This document shows, in pieces, positions 28,833-38,437 of a stretch of DNA of 64,000 nucleotides (position 1 is its first letter; every line of letters begins with the position of its first letter). The stretch spans positions 66,424 through 130,423 of the forward strand of contig QZJO01000011.1 in the NCBI GenBank assembly GCA_003599755.1, given 5' to 3'. The notes beneath the pieces were generated by a model. It had not been told where the DNA came from and did no database searches. It saw only the letters and a list, made by a program, of their open reading frames with translations. Both the position numbers and the translations under genes were made by a program. The DNA comes from Candidatus Parcubacteria bacterium (GTDB lineage Bacteria; Patescibacteriota; Minisyncoccia; Sungbacterales; SURF-37).

Positions 28833-29008
28833 GATCTCCTCCTTGAGGAAGTGCTCGACAGCGTTTGTCGTAGATCGCAAGCAGTTCGCCGTGGTTGCTC
28901 GCGAAGAAATCGTCTCGACCGCGCCACTGGGGCATTTATAAAGAAGCATAATAAATACATTTTGTCAATAAATGCACGCACCAACGGCCCGTATACTACG
29001 GTCAGAAT

Positions 29009-30148
29009 ATGCGGAGCATTGCAGCAATCGTACTGGTCCTTGCCGCGGCCGGAGGAGCGGCCTTTTTCTGGTATCGGCCTGCAGCTGCGCCGGCTGCGTC
29101 CGGAGCGCTCGATTTTACATTGACCACGCTTTCGCAAGCGGTCGCGGCCGCAGCGCCCGGCTCCGAGCTCCGCGATATTCCCGACACGGCGGCAGTTGGT
29201 GGCGGCTGGCGCATCGAGACGTCGCGCGATGGCCGCGCACTGCTCGAATCCCCCGATGAAACCCTGGTGACGCTCGATCAGAACACGGAACTGACCGTCG
29301 TCGCGCATGATGCCGACGCGCGCCGAAGCAAGTTCTCGCTGGCCGGCGGCCGCGCGTGGACGCGCGTGAAGAAACTATTCGATCAGGACGAATTGTACGA
29401 AATCCGTTCATCGAATGCCGTTGCCACGGTACGCGGCACATCATTTTCATTCGGGTATGCGGCGGGCGTGACGACGTTGTTGGTCGCCGAAGGAATCGTC
29501 GGCATTCTGGCTCTTGATCCGGAAACCGGCCAACCGCTTACGGCTTCGAGTACGCTCGTACACGCCGGCCAAAAGGCGATCGTGGATGATCGCCTGCCGC
29601 CGTCGGAGCGGATTCGCGTGGCCGCATTAACGACGGAAGATATGGAATCAGAATGGTACCGCTTCAATGATCCTGATGGTTCTCCCGCGCCCGCTCCGGC
29701 ACCGCCCCCTGCTCCCGCTCCGGCCCCCACACCGATGCCCGCTCCAGCGCCGACGCCGGAGCCATCGCCCGCGCCGGCTCCTCTCCCCGCGCCCAACCCT
29801 CCGCCGCCTCCGGCGCCGCTGGCGATTGATGCCGTTGCGCCGGATACGGTGACGTATAATCCGTCGGGCGCGAATGCCGTTCAGATCGCCGGCAGCGGCT
29901 TTTCGGGCGCGACGGCGGTTCTGGTCGGCGTCCTTGCGGTGAAATTCGAAATCAAGGATGACGGGGCCATTTGGCTGTTTGCCGATTCATCGATATCGCC
30001 CGGAACCTATGCGGTAAGCGTCCGCCGTGGCAGCGAAGAGGCCAAGCGCGATCGCGCGCTCACGATTCTGCCGCAGCCGGACCGATCCGACGAGTCCGGT
30101 GCCAATCCTAATCAGGATCCTCCGCCCGGTTCCGCGGCCACTAACTGA
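29009..30148 (+). CDS. FecR-domain protein with Pro-rich linker and IPT/TIG-like domain
   Basis: IET...GRALL...VTLDQNTEL, NAVATVRGTSF, VAEG; C-terminal IDAVAP...IAGSGF. Confidence 0.8.
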   Translation: MRSIAAIVLVLAAAGGAAFFWYRPAAAPAASGALDFTLTTLSQAVAAAAPGSELRDIPDTAAVGGGWRIETSRDGRALLESPDETLVTLDQNTELTVVAHDADARRSKFSLAGGRAWTRVKKLFDQDELYEIRSSNAVATVRGTSFSFGYAAGVTTLLVAEGIVGILALDPETGQPLTASSTLVHAGQKAIVDDRLPPSERIRVAALTTEDMESEWYRFNDPDGSPAPAPAPPPAPAPAPTPMPAPAPTPEPSPAPAPLPAPNPPPPPAPLAIDAVAPDTVTYNPSGANAVQIAGSGFSGATAVLVGVLAVKFEIKDDGAIWLFADSSISPGTYAVSVRRGSEEAKRDRALTILPQPDRSDESGANPNQDPPPGSAATN

Positions 30149-30154
30149 GCGCGC

Positions 30155-32083
30155 GTGTCAGCGACTATCAGGAAAATCGTTTCGCTTGCCGCCATCGGCG
30201 CGCTGATAACGGCCGGCGCGGCTTTTGCCGTGCAGTTCGGTTTTCTCGATTCCTGGGAGGAGCTCGTGCGGGATCGGTTCTTCATCCGCCGCGCGCCGCC
30301 GGCCGAAATCGTCATCGTCGCCATTGATGACGCAAGTATTGCAACGATCGGCCAATGGCCGTGGCCACGGCGCGAGTTCGCGGTGCTTTTGGAACGGGTG
30401 CGGGGCGCTCGCGCTGTTGCGATCGACGTCACGTTCTCAGAAGCGTCGCGGCATGGGGCCGCGGATGACCGCGCATTCGCCGATGCGATCGTGGCGTTCG
30501 GCCAGCCGATTGTCCTGCCGGTTGAAATCAATGAGCGGAGCGAAGTCGTGCTTGCTCCCCTGCCTGAACTTTCGGCGGCCGCCGCCGAAGGATTTGCCGA
30601 CGTCCTCGTAGACGCAGACGGCATCACGCGTTTCGTCCGGACACGGCTTTTGGGGTACGAGAGTTTTGCCCTTGCAGCGGCGCGCCAGCTTGGTGCCGCG
30701 GCCGGCGGCGATGCGGCCGCGGCGGATCGTTTGCGCATCGATTACCGCGGGCCGGCGCGGACATTTTCGACGGTTTCGTTCCATGACGCGGCAGCGGGGC
30801 GGATTCCGGAGCGCGCGTTTGCCGACAAGCTTGTCTTGGTCGGGGCCACGGCAAGCAATCTCCATGATATTTTGGCCACGCCGTTCGGCCGCATGCCGGG
30901 CGTGGAAGTCCACGCCAATGCCATTGCCACGCTTATGGACGATCGCCCGTTTCGCGCGATTCCGTTCGGGGTCGCGGTTGGGGCATTCGCGCTCGCGAAC
31001 GCGCTTGCGGCCGGAACCGTGTATGCCGTGCGCCGGCTGCGCGTGCTGGTCGGTTTGCTGGCTGGTTTCCTCTCCTTGATTGTCGCGGCGTCATTCGCGC
31101 TGTTCGAAACACAGCTGACGTTCCCGACGGTTGCCGCCGTGCTCGGGTTTCTGGGGACCGCGGGTAGTGCGACGGCGCTGCAGTATCTTGCCGAATCCCG
31201 GGAGAAGCGCTTTATCCAAAAATCATTTCAGCATTACCTCGCGCCGGACGTCGTGCGCGAACTTATCAAAGATCCCGCGAAGTTGCGCCTGGGCGGCGAG
31301 CGCAGGACCGTGGCAATCCTCTTTTCGGACATCCGCGGCTTTACTTCGCTCTCCGAGACCATGGATCCCGAGGCGCTTGCGCATCTGGTTAATGAATATC
31401 TGACGGCCATGACCGATATCGTAATGGCGCGCCACGGTCTTGTGGATAAATACATCGGCGACGCGATCATGGCGCTGTGGGGCGCGCCGATCGAGCGCCC
31501 GGATGCGACCCAACAGGCGTGCCGCGCGGCACTCGCCATGGTGGAACGCCTGGCCGAGCTCAACGAGCAATGGGCTCGCGAGAAGCTGCCGCGCTTGGAT
31601 ATCGGCATCGGTATCAACGCCGGCGCGGTATTCGTCGGCAACATCGGCTCGCGGGAGCGGTTCAACTATACGGTTATCGGCGACGAAGTGAATTTCACGT
31701 CGCGCTTGGAGGGACTCAACAAAATCTATGGGACGCGCATCATCGTGAGCGACGCGGTGCGGGCCGCAATCGCTGATGTTCCGGATCTGTTCGTGCGTGA
31801 ACTGGACCGCGTCATGGTCAAAGGGAAAAAAGAGCCGCGCACGATTTTCGAGCTTTTGCCCGCGAAGCAGCCGGAAGGGGCAGCGGCCGAGGCGTTTGCC
31901 GCGTTCGCGCGCGGGCGCCAGCACTATGCGGCGGGCCGCTGGCGGGAGGCCGCGGCGGAATTTGGGCGCGCGCTGGAGCTGGCCGATGATCCGCCGAGCC
32001 GCTTGTTTCTCGAGCGCTGCCGCGTATTGCAGCAGCACCCGCCGGACCAATGGACGGGCGTATTCGAGTTCAAGTCGAAATAG
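30155..32083 (+). CDS. CHASE2-domain class III adenylate cyclase
   Basis: IVIVAIDD..GQWPWPR, MPGVEVHAN, three TMs, FSDIRGFT, DKYIGDAIMA, YTVIGDEVNFTSRLEG, VKGK; GTG start. Confidence 0.92.
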   Translation: MSATIRKIVSLAAIGALITAGAAFAVQFGFLDSWEELVRDRFFIRRAPPAEIVIVAIDDASIATIGQWPWPRREFAVLLERVRGARAVAIDVTFSEASRHGAADDRAFADAIVAFGQPIVLPVEINERSEVVLAPLPELSAAAAEGFADVLVDADGITRFVRTRLLGYESFALAAARQLGAAAGGDAAAADRLRIDYRGPARTFSTVSFHDAAAGRIPERAFADKLVLVGATASNLHDILATPFGRMPGVEVHANAIATLMDDRPFRAIPFGVAVGAFALANALAAGTVYAVRRLRVLVGLLAGFLSLIVAASFALFETQLTFPTVAAVLGFLGTAGSATALQYLAESREKRFIQKSFQHYLAPDVVRELIKDPAKLRLGGERRTVAILFSDIRGFTSLSETMDPEALAHLVNEYLTAMTDIVMARHGLVDKYIGDAIMALWGAPIERPDATQQACRAALAMVERLAELNEQWAREKLPRLDIGIGINAGAVFVGNIGSRERFNYTVIGDEVNFTSRLEGLNKIYGTRIIVSDAVRAAIADVPDLFVRELDRVMVKGKKEPRTIFELLPAKQPEGAAAEAFAAFARGRQHYAAGRWREAAAEFGRALELADDPPSRLFLERCRVLQQHPPDQWTGVFEFKSK

Positions 32084-32113
32084 AGCACCACGGCCTTCCG
32101 GCCGTGGTGCTCT
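32082..32113. terminator. Hairpin between convergent genes
   Basis: AGAGCACCACGGCC-TTCC-GGCCGTGGTGCTCT. Confidence 0.5.
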
Positions 32114-32131
32114 GCAAGAGATTATAGGACG

Positions 32132-32533
32132 CTAGCGCGCGTTCGAGTCGGGTTGGTGCACGCCGAAAATATTGCCTTCGGTATCTTTGTAGTAGGCCTG
32201 CCAGGCCATGCCCGGGATAGCTTGCTTGGGAAGCGCTAAAATTCCGCCAGCTGCCTCGATCTTCCGTATCGTTTCGTCGATGTTCTCAACCTGCACCGTA
32301 CAGACGTAGGCGTTTACGGGCTGGTTCGCTTCTGGAGCTTTGCCTCTGCGCACGAAAAGGCCGCCATTAATGCCTGGCTCCTTACTGTCTTTGTCCGCTG
32401 TCATCACTCCCCAGTATGAAAACGGCTCTTTCATCCATACGGGGAAATCCCAACCAAACACGGCCCGGTAAAAGGCAATCGCCCGCTCAGGATCTGCTGC
32501 ATGAATTTCGAAATGGACGACTCTGTTGCTCAT
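32132..32533 (-). CDS. VOC/glyoxalase family protein
   Basis: VVHFEI...PERAIAFYRAVFGW, GINGGL, AGG, DTEGNIFG. Confidence 0.9.
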   Translation of the reverse strand: MSNRVVHFEIHAADPERAIAFYRAVFGWDFPVWMKEPFSYWGVMTADKDSKEPGINGGLFVRRGKAPEANQPVNAYVCTVQVENIDETIRKIEAAGGILALPKQAIPGMAWQAYYKDTEGNIFGVHQPDSNAR

Positions 32534-32626
32534 ATCGTCATGGTATCTCGCCGCAGCGGTATTGCGCAATTGAAGAAGCCCCGCACGGTGAAGCTGTGCT
32601 TGGCTTCTTCGTGCGGGGCGTGCGGC

Positions 32627-32734
32627 CTACTTCTGCTTTCCGCCCTGCTTCTGGCGGACGCGCAACTTCTCGATCGCGAAGGCAGCGCCGACGAGGACGA
32701 GGACGAGGATCGGAATGAACTGGTGCGGGGTCAT
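32627..32734 (-). CDS. 35-aa single-TM small protein
   Basis: Manual translation MTPHQFIPILVLVLVGAAFAIEKLRVRQKQGGKQK; AGGAG SD; followed by a hairpin. Confidence 0.45.
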   Translation of the reverse strand: MTPHQFIPILVLVLVGAAFAIEKLRVRQKQGGKQK

Positions 32735-33022
32735 TGCGTGCTCCTGGGTGTTCGGTGTTGGTTGTTCGGCTCACCGCAAGAAATTCCGCGAATGCGAACT
32801 GCGCCCGGGGCCTCCTTTCCGAGTCGGTGACTTCAAACAGAATGGATGGAAATCGGTCCTCTTTGAAGCCACCGAAGTATTGAAAGGATAATATTACATT
32901 ATCACTTTCCGCATAAAAAGTCAATAGGAGACATCCGTGCGTTTTTGAAAGTCATTATTCCGGGCTACGTCGTCTGCTTCGTCGCTGATTGCCAATTATC
33001 CGCAATAATTTTGCACTCGATT

Positions 33023-33436
33023 ATGACAACCCGGCAAAGGTTTGGTTATGCCGTGGCAGCTGGCATGACTCTTCTTGCCGTGCTTCCTTCCACGTTCGCT
33101 GTCGCGGAGACGGAAACTTCGCTCCCCCGGCATCCCATCATCGTAAACGAGACCGTCGCGTGGGAGTCAAACGCGATTCCCGTCCAGGCCGGACGGCGTT
33201 ACATTTTTTCCGACCAGTACCTTGCGAACGTGACGAATGAAATCGATATTCGATATATGTTGGCCAATGGCTCGCACTTGGATGTGCGCGTAGAACAATT
33301 CGGCAGCAGCCGAGTTTGGAATAATGCCGCGATCAGCTTCGCCGCGCCGCCGAATGCCGTATCTATGGTCATTACGCATCGGATACACGGCAGCGGCTAT
33401 ATTGTTGCGCGGAATTTCAAACTCGTGGCGGAGTAG
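33023..33436 (+). CDS. Small secreted CBM-like protein, homologous to the N-terminal domain of 9232..10455
   Basis: Signal peptide; IPVQAGRRYIFSDQY...NG...W.NA..SF.AP..AV aligns with IPTASGKTYSFTDNY...NG...WRNASGTFSAPAGAV. Confidence 0.65.
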   Translation: MTTRQRFGYAVAAGMTLLAVLPSTFAVAETETSLPRHPIIVNETVAWESNAIPVQAGRRYIFSDQYLANVTNEIDIRYMLANGSHLDVRVEQFGSSRVWNNAAISFAAPPNAVSMVITHRIHGSGYIVARNFKLVAE

Positions 33437-33481
33437 TTTGCTCGAGCAAGCGGTGACTGGCGCATAACGCAAACGTCGTTC

Positions 33482-34072
33482 TTAGTACCAGCTCTCGAGC
33501 CAGCTTTGCATCATGAGAATCTCGCGCGATTGCGAGGTGATGATGGCATCAGCCAGCATTTTCATTTCTTCGCGCTCGGTCGAGGCCTGGAGCATGCGGG
33601 CCATGACGATTGCCATCTCGTGATGCGGAATCATCTGCAGCATGAATTCGCGGTCAAACTCGGCGTCAGACACGCGGCGCAGCGCCTCGGTGTCCCCTTC
33701 CATGCCGCCCATGTGCATCATGCCCATGCCGTGCCTCGCGATGGGCGCGGATCCGAACCATTCCTGGTACCAGGCGCGCATGTCGCGATTCTCCCGCTCC
33801 TGCGCTTCGATGATGCCGTTGGCGAGCGAGAGGATTTCCGGCCGGCGCGACCGTTCGAGCGCGATGCCCGCCATCGCGATCGCGCCTTCGTGATGCGGAA
33901 TCATCTGCTCGATGAAGTGCGCGTCAATCCGCCCCGCAGCGCCGACCGGCGTCGCATCGCGGTACATCATGGGTCCGCCCCAGCCGTCGGGCAAAGCAGG
34001 CAAAACCAGCGGCGCGACAATCAAGCCGAGGATCAAACTGCCGATGCCGACGACGAGGATTTCCTTGCTCAT
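33482..34072 (-). CDS. DUF305 (CopM-like) metal-binding protein
   Basis: Two MIPHHE motifs, AQ..E..M..W, Met/His-rich. Confidence 0.85.
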   Translation of the reverse strand: MSKEILVVGIGSLILGLIVAPLVLPALPDGWGGPMMYRDATPVGAAGRIDAHFIEQMIPHHEGAIAMAGIALERSRRPEILSLANGIIEAQERENRDMRAWYQEWFGSAPIARHGMGMMHMGGMEGDTEALRRVSDAEFDREFMLQMIPHHEMAIVMARMLQASTEREEMKMLADAIITSQSREILMMQSWLESWY

Positions 34073-34132
34073 ACGTTCCCATCGTATGCTTCGCCATCGC
34101 CGGCCGCAAGCCGGCGATGAGCGCCGTGTCGC

Positions 34133-36259
34133 TCACAGCGTACGCCGCCGCAGCGCGGCCGCGTTGATCGCGACGATTACCGTGGACAGCGACATGAAGA
34201 CCGCGGCGATCGCGGGCTGGAGCATAATGCCCCACGCGGCGAGCGCGCCGGCGGCAACCGGCAACGCGATTACGTTATAACCGGTCGCCCAGAAAAGGTT
34301 TTGGATCATTTTCGCGTACGTGAGGCGGGAGAGCGTAATGATTTTAGGAATATCGCGCGGATCGTTTCTAACGAGAATAACGCCTGCTGATTCGATCGCC
34401 ACATTGGTTCCCGCGCCGACGGCAATGCCGATGTCGGCCTGGGCAAGCGCGGGCGCGTCGTTGACGCCGTCGCCGACCATGGCGACGCGCTCGCCGCGGT
34501 CCTGGAGCTTACGGACCGTTGCCGCTTTCTGGTCCGGCAGAACGCGCGCGAAGTATTCATCGATCGAGAGCTCCTGGGCCACCCAAGCCGCTACGTCTTC
34601 GGCGTCACCCGTGATCATGGCGACTTTGATGCCCATGGTTTTGAGCGCCTGCACCGCGGCGCGGGATTCCTCGCGGATGGCGTCGGCCAGGGCAACGCTG
34701 CCGACATAGGCGCGGTTTTCAGCGATATGGACTACGGTTTTTCCTTCGCGCTCGTGGGACCGGATTGCGGCCTGGTGCTCGGGCGGAATTGCGGCCCCTT
34801 GCTCCTGGATGAGCGGCAGAGATCCGACAACCACGCGCTTTCCCTCGACATCAGCCTGCACGCCTTTACCGCGCAGATTAGCGAACGAAGTATTGCTCGG
34901 AATGACGACCCTCTGCTCCTGGGCTTCGGCAACGATGGCGCGGCCGAGCGGGTGCTCGGATTGCGCGTTCGCGGCGGCGGCCCGGGAGAGTACGGCGTCT
35001 TTCGGCCCGATGACGGCCACGACCTCGAACGAGCCCTTCGTGAGCGTGCCGGTTTTATCGAAGAGGACCGCGGTGACGCTGCGTGCGGCCTCAAGCGCGA
35101 GGCGGCGCTTCACGAGGAATCCATTTCGCGAGGCGAGCGTCGTGGAAATGGACGCGACGAGCGGTATCGCGAGCCCGAGCGCATGCGGGCAGGCGATCAC
35201 CAGGACCGCGACCAAGCGCTCGACCGCAAACCCAAATCCCGCGTCAAGGGATATCCAAGTCGCGAACGTGATGCCGCCGGCCGATACGGCCAAGTATGTC
35301 AGATACATGGCGGCGCGGTCGGATACCAATTGCAGGCGCGATTTCGACGCCTCTGCCTCGGCAACCAGGCGCATGACGCCGGCAAGAAAAGTACGCTCGC
35401 CGAGCTTGTCCACGCGGATTTGCAAACTGCCGTCTTCGTTGATAGTGCCGGCGATCACCGGGTCGCCGCGCCGCTTCGGCACCGGCCGCGATTCGCCGGT
35501 GACGAGCGACTCATTGACGGATGATTCTCCTCCGACCACGGTGCCGTCGGCAGGTACGGTGGCGCCCGGGCGGATAAGTACGACATCGCCTTCCACGAGT
35601 TCGCGGAGCGGGACCGCGGTGGGCTTGCCGTCGCGAATAACTTCGGCGGTGTCGGGAATGAGTTTTGCCAGTTCCGCGAGTGCTCCTTGAGCGCTGGCGA
35701 CCGCGCGCATTTCAATCCAGTGGCCGAGGAGCATCACGGCGATGAGCGTGGCAAGCTCCCAGAAGAGCGTCATGTCCTCCCCGAGCAAAACCGCGCCGGC
35801 GCTATACAGATACGCCGCGCTGATCGCCAGCGCGATGAGCGTCATCATGCCGGGTTGCCGGGCCTTAAGCTCCGCTAGCGCGCCGTTGAGAAATACGAGG
35901 CCGCCGTAGAAAAAAACGATTGACCCGAGAACGAGCGATACATATGCCGAGCCGGGAAACGCGGGCGCTTCCCAGGAAAGAAATAGGCGCGGAAGGTCCG
36001 AGTACAGGATAATCGGAATAGTCAAAACGGCCGTGACCCAAAACTTTTTCAGGAAATCCTCGGTATGGTGCCCGGCGTGCTTGTCGTGAGCGGCATGGTG
36101 CATTTGCTGCTCGGCTGGCGACCGAGCCGCATCGGCGGGCACTAAGTCCATGCTGCATTTCGGGCACCGGCCCGGACCTGCCTGCCGGATATCCGGGTGC
36201 ATGGGACAGATGTATTCTGCTTGGTCGTGCGCGTGATTCATGGCAGTCAAGACCATCAT
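34133..36259 (-). CDS. copB: Copper-translocating P1B-type ATPase (CopB-like)
   Basis: YICPMHP N-terminal domain, His-rich linker, TGES, CPH motif, DKTGTLT, HP, GDGVNDAPAL, YN, MSLST. Confidence 0.9.
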   Translation of the reverse strand: MMVLTAMNHAHDQAEYICPMHPDIRQAGPGRCPKCSMDLVPADAARSPAEQQMHHAAHDKHAGHHTEDFLKKFWVTAVLTIPIILYSDLPRLFLSWEAPAFPGSAYVSLVLGSIVFFYGGLVFLNGALAELKARQPGMMTLIALAISAAYLYSAGAVLLGEDMTLFWELATLIAVMLLGHWIEMRAVASAQGALAELAKLIPDTAEVIRDGKPTAVPLRELVEGDVVLIRPGATVPADGTVVGGESSVNESLVTGESRPVPKRRGDPVIAGTINEDGSLQIRVDKLGERTFLAGVMRLVAEAEASKSRLQLVSDRAAMYLTYLAVSAGGITFATWISLDAGFGFAVERLVAVLVIACPHALGLAIPLVASISTTLASRNGFLVKRRLALEAARSVTAVLFDKTGTLTKGSFEVVAVIGPKDAVLSRAAAANAQSEHPLGRAIVAEAQEQRVVIPSNTSFANLRGKGVQADVEGKRVVVGSLPLIQEQGAAIPPEHQAAIRSHEREGKTVVHIAENRAYVGSVALADAIREESRAAVQALKTMGIKVAMITGDAEDVAAWVAQELSIDEYFARVLPDQKAATVRKLQDRGERVAMVGDGVNDAPALAQADIGIAVGAGTNVAIESAGVILVRNDPRDIPKIITLSRLTYAKMIQNLFWATGYNVIALPVAAGALAAWGIMLQPAIAAVFMSLSTVIVAINAAALRRRTL

Positions 36260-36367
36260 ATACTGATCGGATGCATTCAGCAGGCGCTATGAACGAAAAC
36301 CGTCTCGCGCGCTCGGCGCGCGAGACGGTGGTAGAGGTTCGGCGCTCGCGCCGATCGAAGGGCCGGG

Positions 36368-36724
36368 CTATCTCGTCGCCGCGGCGACGGCTGGCACCGC
36401 GGCGGCCGCCTGGGCCGTGCGGGACTGCAGGTTCGTGATGACCTCGTCGGCGAGCTCCAGCACGACCCTGAGATATACCCGGTGGTGCCGGCCGTGCGCC
36501 TGGGGCATCGCGACCATCAGGGTTTGCCGGGCTGTCGTACAGACGGCGAGCATGCGCTCGACATCCTCTGCCGGAATCTCGACTTCGCTGATCAGGGTGA
36601 GGACGGCCTCGACGGCACCCTGCTTGTAGGGATCGGCTTGGATGCCGACCAGGCGTATGGGGCTGAGCATCTCGCGGACTACTTCGGGGAAGGGCTTGAT
36701 TCTTGGGGGTTCGGTTTCGTCCAT
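36368..36724 (-). CDS. Hypothetical helical protein
   Basis: GGAGG SD before MDETEPP. Confidence 0.5.
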   Translation of the reverse strand: MDETEPPRIKPFPEVVREMLSPIRLVGIQADPYKQGAVEAVLTLISEVEIPAEDVERMLAVCTTARQTLMVAMPQAHGRHHRVYLRVVLELADEVITNLQSRTAQAAAAVPAVAAATR

Positions 36725-36874
36725 ACATGCCTCCGCCCCAATTGGGGAACTTCTGGCATTCAGCATGAACGCTTTTTTTGATTCGTCAATGCGTGCGGCT
36801 CGGAGTCAAGGGGCGCGCGTATGAAGAAGGCCGCCGATGCGCGGGCGACCTTCGCTCGGTCGGCGCGTCGGCGG

Positions 36875-37240
36875 CTAGTTGCCGGTTCGGCTGAATCCGG
36901 CCGCAGAAAACCGCACGCGCGATCCCTGCGACGTAATCCGTTCCTCGGTGATTTCGATGAAGCGCTCCCAGCGCGCCTTGAGCGCGCGCAGCTCGTCCAG
37001 CTCCGTTGACCGGATGAACTTGAGCGCGGCACCGTCGCGTAACAGCAGTTCGACGACCCCGCCAAGCTCCAGGCCGAGCTTTGGTCCCGCATCGGCGAGC
37101 AACGCCTCTTTCAGCTCGGCTCGCTGCCGCAGCTCCTCGTTGATCTCCTTCGCGAATCGCTCCGCGATGCGGTTCATCTTCGCGATGCGGCTCCCCACGC
37201 AGCCGGGAAGCAGGAGCGGTCGTTTTTGGCCAGCGCGCAT
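36875..37240 (-). CDS. Hypothetical protein
   Basis: AGGAGG SD; coiled, charged sequence. Confidence 0.5.
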   Translation of the reverse strand: MRAGQKRPLLLPGCVGSRIAKMNRIAERFAKEINEELRQRAELKEALLADAGPKLGLELGGVVELLLRDGAALKFIRSTELDELRALKARWERFIEITEERITSQGSRVRFSAAGFSRTGN

Positions 37241-37362
37241 GCGGACCTCCTATGCGAGATAGTGATCTTCCGATAACATGCTGCGCACAAGAAGCCAATA
37301 GAAGAAACCCCGCACGGCGAAGCCATGCGGAGCTTCTTCCTGCGGGGTCTGGATCCGGATGT

Positions 37363-38307
37363 TTACTGCGTGGATTGCCGCTCTCCGACGCGCGATCCGC
37401 GGCCGGTCTGCTGGCGAATGTGGCGCGTTGCCGCGCTGAACGACATGCCGAGAACTTCCCCGGCTAACTTTTCCTGCAGCGCGTGGTCGAATTGGACAAG
37501 CTGCAGCGCGGTCGCGAACCCGAGGCGCTGGCCGCGGGGACGCATGAGAGACAGTAAGGCGGCCACGTTCGGAGACAGCCGCCGGAGCGCAAGGTGCTGG
37601 TTGACCCAGCCGATCGAGGCGTTGCGGTCCTCGGCGATCTTCATGCAGCTGTGCCCCTGCGCGCGCAGCTGAAGAATCGCGCGCATGACGGCAATCGCGT
37701 CGTGATCGCGCGTGCCTCGTCGGGACGGGGTGATGGGAGCAACGGTATCGCCGTGCGATGTCTCAGGTGCTGCCGGTGCCTGGGGAGCGTGGGCGGTGCC
37801 GCTCGAGTGCGCGTTCGGCTCGGGCGGCGGGATTGCGGCCGGGGGCTGGGAACCGTTGCCGTTCGCTGGAAGATCGGCCGTTACGGCGGGCGGCACCGGC
37901 GGACCAGTTGGGGCAGGCGCGCTTCGGCCGTTCTGATGCGCCGGTTTCGGAGTCGGATCCGCGTTCGGCATCGCAAGCCGCCGGCGCGCATTGGCGATGA
38001 TCACGACGCCGGTGGCCATGTGCGGGCCACAGAAACCGGAGATGCGATCCGACGCGATACGCGGATGCTCGGCTCGATCGCCGACGCAGGCGATGCAGGG
38101 CCGCCAGGGCGAGCCGCACCGATTCTTGGCGCAGCCGTTGAGGTTGGTCGCGAAGTCGCTTGCCATTCGCAGGCAGCCGTCACGATCCACGCCGCCCCCG
38201 CCCAGAAGTGGGCATGCATAGAGTTTCTCCGGAAGGCGTTCGCGTCGCACGGTCGGGACGGGTCCGCGCGCCAGAAGCCGGTGATCACCTGCCCGGAACT
38301 GGGTCAT
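37363..38307 (-). CDS. Cys-rich N-terminal domain, Pro linker and ParB/Spo0J-like HTH region
   Basis: AAAGGAG SD; C-terminal AILQLRAQGHSCMKIAEDRNASIGWVNQHLALRRLSPNV...LGFATALQL...Q resembles the ParB HTH region. Confidence 0.6.
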   Translation of the reverse strand: MTQFRAGDHRLLARGPVPTVRRERLPEKLYACPLLGGGGVDRDGCLRMASDFATNLNGCAKNRCGSPWRPCIACVGDRAEHPRIASDRISGFCGPHMATGVVIIANARRRLAMPNADPTPKPAHQNGRSAPAPTGPPVPPAVTADLPANGNGSQPPAAIPPPEPNAHSSGTAHAPQAPAAPETSHGDTVAPITPSRRGTRDHDAIAVMRAILQLRAQGHSCMKIAEDRNASIGWVNQHLALRRLSPNVAALLSLMRPRGQRLGFATALQLVQFDHALQEKLAGEVLGMSFSAATRHIRQQTGRGSRVGERQSTQ

Positions 38308-38437
38308 GGGCGTTCTCCTTTCGTGGTGTTGAGAGCTCGGCACTTCTGGCTTCGTTGTAGCATGAGAGTGGCCAAAACCAATACCGCGCCGTACACAATG
38401 TACGCGCGGCACTGATAATAACTCTACCGAGAATTTC

